Shown here one piece after another: positions 57,326 through 64,000 of a stretch of 64,000 nucleotides of DNA; position 1 is the stretch's first letter, and the number at the start of each line of letters is the position of its first letter. The stretch spans positions 6,341 through 70,340 of the forward strand of contig JBEIJY010000009.1 of NCBI GenBank assembly GCA_040380025.1, in the 5' to 3' direction. The stretch comes from Bdellovibrionales bacterium. Lineage in GTDB: Bacteria; Bdellovibrionota; UBA1018; CAIMNF01. A program made the translations under genes and the position numbers. Under the pieces are notes generated by a model. The model was not told the DNA's origin. It ran no database searches and saw only the letters and a list, made by a program, of their open reading frames with translations.

Positions 57326-57455
57326 TCAGAGTGCGGGAGGGGCCCGATAGGATTCGGCTTTTACCTCCGAGCCGGGTCCTCCGGCCTCGCTCTCGCCATC
57401 CTGGCTCGCGAGAGTCGGCAAAAACCGAATCCTATCGGGCCCCTCCCCCACTCTG
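57326..57455. repeat. About 130-bp element bounded by 36-bp inverted repeats (MITE / REP-like hairpin)
   Basis: Left arm cagagtgcgggaggggcccgataggattcggctttt; the reverse complement of the right arm differs at 2 positions. The 57-nt GC-rich spacer carries nested palindromes. Confidence 0.85.
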
Positions 57456-57538
57456 AGGACACCAGAAAGCACAATCAAATGGGGCAGTTCGGGGTTTTTC
57501 GCTTCCCAATTCGCCGTTTTTCCCCGAAAACCTCTGCC

Positions 57539-58732
57539 ATGCTTCGGCGACTCATCTCATTCCTCCCCCTTTTCCTTCTTTTCGTTCTTCCCGCGCTCGA
57601 ATCCCGAGCGCAAGAAAACCTTCCCGTGCCGATCCGGCCGGCCCTGCTCGAATGCAATACCCTTTTGAACCCCAAGGGAATGAGCGACGGGATGGGAATT
57701 CCGCTCTCGACCGGCGGGGTGAATGAGTTCGACGCAGCTCTGGGCCGCTTGCTCGAAACGAGCGAGCCCTCCTCGCTTGCCGGGTCCCACCTTTATGTGA
57801 CCGGAATCGAGATGGGCGAAGAATCGGCAATTCAGAGGCAATACGAGGCGATTCTTGAGAGGCACGGAATCAAACCCGGATCAGTGACGGTCAAGGTCCT
57901 CTCGGCCCCCCGAAGCCTTCTTGCACGGCAGGTGACCCCGGCTCTTCGGGATGCGTGGAGCCGGCTTCAGTATTTTTTTCCGAGCATGAAGCGGGATTTT
58001 CAGAAGCCGCTTCCGATGGAGATTCTGACCGGAGTCATGAGCACGGTGCCGCTTGAACTTCCGAATGCCGTGTTTTTGATGAAGAACCTTCCCCATCCTG
58101 ATGCCTCGATCGTGCTCGGGGTTCACTCGGCAACCCTCTTTGCCTATACGGTATTCAGCCAGACCCTGCTGAACTGGCTTCTTCGCCCCGGCACGAACCG
58201 CATGGAGTTGTTCCTGAAGCAGTGTCTGATGAGCTTTCCCTTCATTTTGAATTATCGGGTTTTCGGGCACTTCAGCGAGCTGATGGGGGTTGTGCAAGCC
58301 AAGGGGTATTCGGAACTCATCCGACAGAGCCCTTCTGCGTTGGCCGACTTTGTGGCCACCGATGGGTTCACGATTTTACTTCAAACCGTGTTTTACAGCT
58401 CGGTGATCACGAAAGGCGCCGGAGAATGGGTCAATGGGCAGATTGTCGAGATCAACCGCAATGCCGCGCGGACGATGCGCCCGGTGGTGCAAGCGCCGAT
58501 TCTGATTGTCGATGCGCTCTTGCTTGCCTACGCGACCACCTCGCAGAATGTGCTGTTCCAGATCGGGCCGCTGGATTTCAATGACGGACACGCTCTTTTG
58601 ATCGGACTCACGGGAATCGGCTGGGCGGCCTACCGGCCTGCGGTTTTGGATTTCATCGGAATCCGTCCGTATTTTGCGATCGAGCGGCTCATGAAGCGGC
58701 TTCGTGAGGTGTTCTCGTTCAAAAAATCGTGA
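57539..58732 (+). CDS. Secreted hypothetical protein (397 aa)
   Basis: ATG in frame within ORF 56396-58732. Signal peptide 'MLRRLISFLPLFLLFVLPALESRA'. The upstream part of the long ORF spans the inverted-repeat element. Confidence 0.5.
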   Translation: MLRRLISFLPLFLLFVLPALESRAQENLPVPIRPALLECNTLLNPKGMSDGMGIPLSTGGVNEFDAALGRLLETSEPSSLAGSHLYVTGIEMGEESAIQRQYEAILERHGIKPGSVTVKVLSAPRSLLARQVTPALRDAWSRLQYFFPSMKRDFQKPLPMEILTGVMSTVPLELPNAVFLMKNLPHPDASIVLGVHSATLFAYTVFSQTLLNWLLRPGTNRMELFLKQCLMSFPFILNYRVFGHFSELMGVVQAKGYSELIRQSPSALADFVATDGFTILLQTVFYSSVITKGAGEWVNGQIVEINRNAARTMRPVVQAPILIVDALLLAYATTSQNVLFQIGPLDFNDGHALLIGLTGIGWAAYRPAVLDFIGIRPYFAIERLMKRLREVFSFKKS

Positions 58733-58741
58733 GCAAGCGAT

Positions 58742-59575
58742 TCAAGTCCCGAGGTCGATCAGCGAACACGGCACGACCACGTTCGGCTTGTCGATGACGA
58801 TGATTCGCGGTCCCTTGGTTGTGGTGGCCCCCGCTTTGGTGGGCTTATAGACGGTAATCGACCGCACCCCGAAGGGAACCGAAAAAAACGTGAACGCCCC
58901 GTTCATCCCGGCCGTCACCGTTTGCAGACTCTGGGTCAATCCACCCGACCCGTCCGGGTAACTGAGCTCGATCTGAGCGCTCGAATCATAGGGTCCGGTA
59001 TTCTCGCACACAAAGCCGAAAAGAGTCGCACCCGCCGAAGACTCCGAGATCGTCACCGTGAGGTCCTGATCCAGACCGGTTCCGCCGACGGCCCCGTCGG
59101 CGCCGTACGAGGTGATGGTCGCCTGAAACACCGAGGTGTAGGTGTAAAGAAAAGCTCTTCCCCAACCGTCCTTGATCGTCGTTGCAGAGGGGTTACCCAG
59201 GTCGATGTACGGACCATTCCAGCCGTAGCCGATTCGGGCGCTCGACGACACCTGATGCGCGCCATACCCGCTCGAGTTGTTCAGAAGCGCCTGAAGACCG
59301 GCAAGGGCCGTTGGAAGAGCGCCGATGTCACCCACAAACCCGAAGTGGGTGCGGGTTCCGTCCACCTTGAGGTCGGGATTCCCGACCAGCGCATCTTTGA
59401 TTTGGTTCATGCGATTCACGGTCTCTTGAAAGCGGGAATCATTGGCGGCGTCGCTAAAGACCTCGACCGAGGCGAACGCGAGAATCGAGACAATCAGGAT
59501 CACCATGAGGAGCTCGATCAGGGTGAATCCGGAAGCGGCCCCATGGAATTTCGGAGAACTAAAACGAGAGATCAT
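58742..59575 (-). CDS. Prepilin-type N-terminal cleavage/methylation domain protein (minor pseudopilin, GspK/PilX-like size)
   Basis: 'GFTLIELLMVILIVSILA' motif after Met54 of the long ORF. 277 aa. Confidence 0.65.
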   Translation of the reverse strand: MISRFSSPKFHGAASGFTLIELLMVILIVSILAFASVEVFSDAANDSRFQETVNRMNQIKDALVGNPDLKVDGTRTHFGFVGDIGALPTALAGLQALLNNSSGYGAHQVSSSARIGYGWNGPYIDLGNPSATTIKDGWGRAFLYTYTSVFQATITSYGADGAVGGTGLDQDLTVTISESSAGATLFGFVCENTGPYDSSAQIELSYPDGSGGLTQSLQTVTAGMNGAFTFFSVPFGVRSITVYKPTKAGATTTKGPRIIVIDKPNVVVPCSLIDLGT

Positions 59576-60032
59576 CGCTGGTCCCCCATTGCCGGTCGGG
59601 CCCGGCGCTTTGAATCGTGGGCCCGCCCCCCGGGTAGGCAAAAATTGTCCCCCAGCCGTCTTGCCGGTACCCGTCCGGGTTTTGCGAAAAATCGCTGAAC
59701 AAATAAGGCCCGCACCATCCCTGCAGAGTCGCATGATACGGACTCGCCGGATTGTTCACGAGCGCACAGGTGGCAGGATTGCCGCTCGCAAGAAGCGTCA
59801 GGTTTGCAGGATAGACCCCCGCATTGTGCTGGGCATAGCGGTTCAGGGCAGCACGAATTCGATTGGCCCGCTCCATGGTGTCGCGTGTATTGCGTGAAAA
59901 TACCCCCGGTCCGACAATCGCGATCACGACCGATGCGGCAAGCGAGACACTCACGATGACCAATAAAAGACTCAAAAGACCGGCCCCCGTTTTGTCCTGC
60001 CTCTTAGAATCCCATGATGATGTCATCGCCAT
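59559..60032 (-). CDS. Pseudopilin-like protein with a degenerate prepilin leader
   Basis: N-terminal hydrophobic helix 'GLLSLLLVIVSVSLAASVVIAIV' but no G-F-T-L-I-E motif. Within the pseudopilin operon. Confidence 0.45.
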   Translation of the reverse strand: MAMTSSWDSKRQDKTGAGLLSLLLVIVSVSLAASVVIAIVGPGVFSRNTRDTMERANRIRAALNRYAQHNAGVYPANLTLLASGNPATCALVNNPASPYHATLQGWCGPYLFSDFSQNPDGYRQDGWGTIFAYPGGGPTIQSAGPDRQWGTSDDLSF

Positions 60033-60474
60033 CTCCGCAGTTCAAATTCGGGCCGCAACTCGAGATCTCGCGGTTCGTACCGTCATAATCAAGCGCCGTT
60101 CCCCACGCGTCGTGATCCCAGTCCGTGACCGAGTTTGAGACATAAGGCCCTCGCCAACCGGTTCGGGTCAGAGGGTCGTATGCGGCCGAACAAGTACCGG
60201 CTCCGGGCATGGTCACAAGGTTGGTCAACGAGGCGGGAACGCCCCCGCAGTGAATGATGTATCCGGGACTCGTGTAAACTCCGCCCGAAATGAGCCTCGG
60301 ATCACCGATGATCGCAAGGCGAATCTGGTTGATGCGGTCTTTCGTGACCGCCGTTTTGGCGTCACCGCTGAAATCCAAAAACTGAGTAATGCCGATCGTG
60401 GCGAGAATCGAGAGAATCAGGATCACAGTCAGGACTTCGATCAGAGTGAAACCCGAAGAAGCCCTGCGCCGCAA
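60004..60474 (-). CDS. Type II secretion / type IV pilus pseudopilin
   Basis: 'SGFTLIEVLTVILILSILA'. Confidence 0.7.
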   Translation of the reverse strand: MRRRASSGFTLIEVLTVILILSILATIGITQFLDFSGDAKTAVTKDRINQIRLAIIGDPRLISGGVYTSPGYIIHCGGVPASLTNLVTMPGAGTCSAAYDPLTRTGWRGPYVSNSVTDWDHDAWGTALDYDGTNREISSCGPNLNCGDGDDIIMGF

Positions 60475-60483
60475 GGGACCTCC

Positions 60484-61044
60484 CTAATAAGTGTGCTCGT
60501 CGTCGGCGGCACCGTTCGGATCGTTATTCGAAGAATGGGCCCAGATTTCTCCCGTTACGCTATTGTAGCACCAGCCATTTCCTTTCGCCACAGTGTGACA
60601 AGCACCGGTGCGATCAGCACAGGTGGCAGGAGTTAACTGACAATCCGTAATTAAAATTGCATTTGCAGGGGTGGTTTGAATGTCGGTAGACCACGGATTC
60701 GGAGGAATCCCCCCTGCCACAAAAATCCGATCTGCAAGACCCGGCACCTGACCCACTGTACAAGAGGTGTTTGTAATGTCATTCGCCGAGATTTCCGTAG
60801 CAGTCGGAAAACTGTTGTCCTGCACATTGCATCGAACGCGCATCATCGCGGCCTTCTCGCTGATCGCTCGCCTCAAGATTTGCAAGTTCGCCTTGGTCGT
60901 CGCGTCGCGGGCATCTTTGCCGTAATTCACGAACTGAGTGATCCCGATAAACGCAAGAATGGCGATCACCAAGATCACCATCAGCAACTCAATCAGGGTA
61001 AATCCATCTTGGGTTGACTTCTTTTGCCTGTTCACGATCTGCAT
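60484..61044 (-). CDS. Major pseudopilin, GspG-like
   Basis: 'DGFTLIELLMVILVIAILAFIGITQF'. First gene after an AT-rich divergent promoter region. Confidence 0.75.
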   Translation of the reverse strand: MQIVNRQKKSTQDGFTLIELLMVILVIAILAFIGITQFVNYGKDARDATTKANLQILRRAISEKAAMMRVRCNVQDNSFPTATEISANDITNTSCTVGQVPGLADRIFVAGGIPPNPWSTDIQTTPANAILITDCQLTPATCADRTGACHTVAKGNGWCYNSVTGEIWAHSSNNDPNGAADDEHTY

Positions 61045-61085
61045 CTCCCGTTTTTAAAAACGATGAATAAATCTTCTATAAGGTC

Positions 61086-61115
61086 ATTATAGACACAGGA
61101 ATGAATCTGGAACAA
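61086..61115 (-). promoter_or_regulatory. Sigma-70-like promoter (TTGTTC-18-TATAAT) for the pseudopilin operon
   Basis: Minus strand reads ttgttccagattcattcctgtgtctataat, about 45 nt upstream of the gspG-like ATG. Lies in an AT-rich 200-bp divergent intergenic region. Confidence 0.45.
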
Positions 61116-61244
61116 ATCGAAATGCCAATATTCCTTTATTTTTTAAAACCGACGACGAAATGACGCTCTCCTCGCCTAGCACCTGCCCCTCAGGGGCATC
61201 TTACCGACCACTGGTGAATCCCGCGAATCGCAGGTAAACTGAGA

Positions 61245-62480
61245 ATGGGGATGGCACGCTACTACTACGAGGCACGAAACCGGAAAGGCGAGATTGTCCG
61301 CGCATCGATCGTCGCCGAAAGCGAGTGGATCGCACGGAAGTCGCTCGCCCGAATGAACCTGATTCCGCTGAAATTGGGCCGTTTTTTGCCCAAAGTCATG
61401 TGGGCCGAGCTGAGTTCGAATGTCGAGAACCTGTCGACCCAAGTGACCCTCGAAGAAAAAATCACGCTCATGAACCAGATCGAGATGGGCATCTCGGTCG
61501 GGATCCCGATTCTTCAGATGCTCCATTTTTTACAGGCAGATGTCAGAAACCGCAGACTCCGCGACGCACTCGAACAAATCACTGCCGACATCACCGAAGG
61601 GGGCACTCTTCATGGAGCCTTTGCAAGGCACCCCGACATCTTCGACTCCCCCACGGTGGGCCTGATCAAAACGGGAGAAATCTCGGGAAAGCTCGACGAA
61701 ACCCTGTCGCGGATCACCAAACTGCTGGAGCAGCAGGCCGAGACGCGGGCAAAGGTGAAATCCGCGACCTTCTACCCCAAGATCGTGCTCGGTACCCTCA
61801 TCGTGGTCATCGGGGTCCTCGTGTATGTGGTGATCCCGAAGATCAAGGAATTCCTGAAAACCCTCGGGAGCGATCTTCCTCCGATCACGAAGGCCGTGGT
61901 CGCCTTCTCGGATTTCTTTGTGTACCGCTGGTGGATGGTGCTCGGGATTGTTTTCGCGGGGTATTTGTGTTTCCAAAAACTCATGACCATCCCCCGCTAC
62001 CGTGCCTCCTTCCATCGGCTCGTGCTTCGGATTCCCGTGCTCGGGCAGGTTTTTTTGTGTATCGAACTCAATAACTTTTGTGTGCTTCTTGAACTGTTGA
62101 TGAGCAGCGGGATTCCCCTGATCGAATCGCTCGAAACCCTGAAGGGCTCGCAACGGAACCTCACCTTTCGGAATGCCCTGACCACCCTGCAAGAAGAAAT
62201 CCATAAGGGAGGGACCCTGACGGCCGGAATGGAGCAAGAGCCGGTGTTTCCGCGAACACTGCGGAACCTGGTCTCGATCGGCGAAGAAACCGGACGCTTG
62301 CCGGCCATTCTGAGCCGAATCGGCCGATACTATCAGGTTCAGCTGAATCACCTTCTCGATAATCTCTCGAAGGCGATCGAGCCCATTCTCCTTTTTTTGG
62401 TATTCGGAGCAATCTTGCTCATTGCGCTCGCCGTGTTCCTGCCGATCTGGAAGATGAACTCGGCGGTCAAACTCGGATAG
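61245..62480 (+). CDS. Type II secretion system F-family inner-membrane platform protein (GspF/PilC)
   Basis: Two GspF repeats and three TM segments. Start at 61245 or 61251 (MARYYYE). Confidence 0.85.
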   Translation: MGMARYYYEARNRKGEIVRASIVAESEWIARKSLARMNLIPLKLGRFLPKVMWAELSSNVENLSTQVTLEEKITLMNQIEMGISVGIPILQMLHFLQADVRNRRLRDALEQITADITEGGTLHGAFARHPDIFDSPTVGLIKTGEISGKLDETLSRITKLLEQQAETRAKVKSATFYPKIVLGTLIVVIGVLVYVVIPKIKEFLKTLGSDLPPITKAVVAFSDFFVYRWWMVLGIVFAGYLCFQKLMTIPRYRASFHRLVLRIPVLGQVFLCIELNNFCVLLELLMSSGIPLIESLETLKGSQRNLTFRNALTTLQEEIHKGGTLTAGMEQEPVFPRTLRNLVSIGEETGRLPAILSRIGRYYQVQLNHLLDNLSKAIEPILLFLVFGAILLIALAVFLPIWKMNSAVKLG

Positions 62481-62483
62481 TAC

Positions 62484-63878
62484 TCATTGCGGCGGGACTT
62501 TCGCCTCGGATTGGTCGACGGCAAGCTCGGGCTTCAGCTCCTTGCCGGTCTCGGGATCGACATGGACCGGATCGGGATTCCCCATCGTCGGAGTGAGAAA
62601 GATCACAAGCTCGTTGTTCTCGTCGATCTTGGAGCTCGATTTGAAGAGAAGCCCGATCAGGGGAATGTCAGACAAAATCGGCACGCCCCCGCTCGATTTG
62701 GACTTTTGCTGTTTGATGAGGCCCGCGATCACCGCGGTTTGCTTGTTTTTTACAATTACGTTGGTATTGGCTGAATTCTGAAAGATCCCGGGAATCCCGT
62801 CGACCGCACTCCCCATGTCAGAGGTCGAGTTGTCGATATCGACCACGAGCTTGATGTCTTCGGTACCGACGACGGTCGGAAGAATGTTCAACGACAGGCC
62901 GGCACGCACCGGGATCAAGCCCCCGGCCGCGAATCCGCCGCCGATTCCGCCCCCCACACCGCCCATGCCCCCGATTCCTCCCGCTCCCCCCATGCCGCCG
63001 CCTATCCCCATGCCCATACCACCACCCATGCCGCCCATCATTCCGGCATTGCCTCCGACCTGATTGTTCTGCCCGTTCATCATGACATTGCTCAAGGTCT
63101 TTACATGGTAGGTGATTCCGCTCTGAATCTGTGCTGTCTTGTTGTTCAGGGTGATCACCTTCGGTCGGGAAATCACGCGCGCGTCGCCATTGTTCTCTGC
63201 CGCCGTGAGCTTGACTTCGAGCGTTTTCGAATTGATTCCATCAAGCACGGTCTTGAAGGTTCCGTAAGGTCGAACCGGTCCGGGAGTATTGACCGTGTCC
63301 CCGAGCCCCGCCACCGAGATTCCGAGCTGCTGCATGAACGAATGCGTAGTCTCGACAATCAGGGCTTCGATCATGATCTGACGCGGAGGCGAATCCAGAA
63401 GAGTAACGAGCGATTTGATCTTCTCGAAGTTGGTTCGGGATCCCATGAAAACAAGATTATTCTCGCGTTCATCCACCACGATTCGTTCATCGGTGGTCAT
63501 CACAGGACGGACCTTGCCGGCAATGTCACTCGCATTCGCGTACTGGACATGAATCAGATGCGAGTCGCCGATGCTGGTTCCGAGCGATCGCCTGTTGATG
63601 ATGAGCTGATTTCCGGTGATGAGGTATTCGATTTGCTGATTCGAGGCGATCTGGTCCAGAAGCTGTCTTGCTGTCACCCCGGTCTGCGAGATCGAGACAT
63701 TCACGTTCGGGTCCTGCCCCAGGACGAGCTGAAGCCCCGCTCGCGCTGCGATCATTTCCAGAACCCCGCGAAGCGGAGAATCCTTCACGTTCAGATCAAA
63801 CTGCGCATCCACCTGCGCCTCGGCGCGAACCATCAGGAGGAGCCCCAGAAGCACCCAACCCATCCAAAATTTCTTCAT
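62484..63878 (-). CDS. Secretin (GspD/PilQ family) with an internal Gly/Met-rich low-complexity insert
   Basis: Signal peptide, N0-like domain and C-terminal secretin domain '...VIFLTPTM'. Insert 'GGNAGMMGGMGGGMGMGIGGGMGGAGGIGGMGGVGGGIGGG'. Confidence 0.85.
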   Translation of the reverse strand: MKKFWMGWVLLGLLLMVRAEAQVDAQFDLNVKDSPLRGVLEMIAARAGLQLVLGQDPNVNVSISQTGVTARQLLDQIASNQQIEYLITGNQLIINRRSLGTSIGDSHLIHVQYANASDIAGKVRPVMTTDERIVVDERENNLVFMGSRTNFEKIKSLVTLLDSPPRQIMIEALIVETTHSFMQQLGISVAGLGDTVNTPGPVRPYGTFKTVLDGINSKTLEVKLTAAENNGDARVISRPKVITLNNKTAQIQSGITYHVKTLSNVMMNGQNNQVGGNAGMMGGMGGGMGMGIGGGMGGAGGIGGMGGVGGGIGGGFAAGGLIPVRAGLSLNILPTVVGTEDIKLVVDIDNSTSDMGSAVDGIPGIFQNSANTNVIVKNKQTAVIAGLIKQQKSKSSGGVPILSDIPLIGLLFKSSSKIDENNELVIFLTPTMGNPDPVHVDPETGKELKPELAVDQSEAKVPPQ

Positions 63879-64000
63879 TTTTCCTCCTCCGGATCGTCCG
63901 CCTCATCCTCGGGGATCTCTTCGACCGCCGATGGCATGGTGAGCTCGATCTCGGAATCTTTCCGTTTCAGAATCACAAAATTCGGTCCGACTTCCTTCAC
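63875..64000 (-). CDS. Hypothetical protein, C-terminal fragment (gene continues beyond the window)
   Basis: Minus-strand frame reads ...KEVGPNFVILKRKDSEIELTMPSAVEEIPEDEADDPEEEK, ending in a TGA that overlaps the secretin ATG (ATGA). Could be a pilus-assembly accessory protein. Confidence 0.35.
   Translation of the reverse strand: MKEVGPNFVILKRKDSEIELTMPSAVEEIPEDEADDPEEEK

Noticed and set aside
56396-58732. 778-aa plus-strand ORF.
   Set aside because: The first 380 codons run through the minus-strand gene 56864-57250 and the 130-bp inverted-repeat element. A signal peptide begins at the in-frame ATG 57539, which is taken as the true start.
61040-61060. Candidate sigma-54 site (TGGCATttcgaTTTGT) upstream of the pseudopilin operon.
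   Set aside because: The GC of the -12 element is not at the required distance from the GG (positions 14-15 read TG). A better sigma-70-like -35/-10 pair lies nearby and is reported instead.
62925-63065. Considered whether the Gly/Met-rich stretch is a separate gene, or whether the 82-aa Pro-rich plus-strand ORF (62815-63063) is real.
   Set aside because: The stretch is in frame and continuous with the secretin on the minus strand. The plus-strand Pro-rich ORF is its antisense (GGN codons read as NCC).

Overview
This is a 64-kb window of roughly 58% GC bacterial chromosome, and it appears to be mostly core genome. I found no CRISPR array and no integrase, transposase or phage gene. Because of the high GC, many long ORFs on the six-frame track are antisense shadows of real genes; I rejected those and list them below.

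Gene content in order:
- 1-5.4 kb: an amino-acid catabolic cluster with two class-III aminotransferases, an aldehyde dehydrogenase and a two-subunit CoA-transferase.
- 5.4-8.6 kb: an NAD-binding epimerase-like protein, an OxyR-like LysR regulator and a soluble histidine kinase.
- 8.6-13.1 kb: the canonical rpsU-yqeY-dnaG-rpoD operon on the minus strand.
- 13.2-16.6 kb: an LptC/LptA-like gene, then lptB and rpoN.
- 16.6-20.8 kb: a hypothetical protein, a cyclophilin PPIase, tRNA-Pro, and small membrane proteins.
- 21.0-23.7 kb: an HDOD / histidine kinase / response-regulator module.
- 23.7-28.3 kb: pyk, a 563-aa highly charged coiled-coil protein, and mpl.
- 28.3-35.0 kb: a run of minus-strand housekeeping genes (methyltransferase, hotdog thioesterase, M48 peptidase, beta-lactamase-like hydrolase, FAD oxidoreductase, L,D-transpeptidase, GT2, ssb).
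- 35.5-39.5 kb: an Rsm22-like methyltransferase, psd, and three uncharacterised translationally coupled ORFs.
- 39.4-41.7 kb: rsmB and sppA.
- 41.8-42.3 kb: tRNA-Glu followed by a duplicated copy of its 3' end, two terminators and a perfect 23-bp palindrome.
- 42.4-54.5 kb: a long minus-strand accessory-looking block (DoxX x2, DUF2071, DCC oxidoreductase, hybrid histidine kinase, substrate-binding protein, lipocalin-like protein, hydrolase-M23 fusion, DUF4105/DUF3015, amine oxidase, LysR).
- 54.6-58.7 kb: icd and two hypotheticals flanking a long inverted-repeat element.
- 58.7-64.0 kb: a type II secretion / type IV pilus-like cluster (four pseudopilins, a GspF-type platform protein and a secretin with a Gly/Met-rich insert).

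The observations most worth a second look are the tRNA-Glu att-like scar, the long inverted repeats, a C11 homopolymer with an adjacent hairpin, the coiled-coil protein, several domain fusions, and the hypothetical genes downstream of psd.
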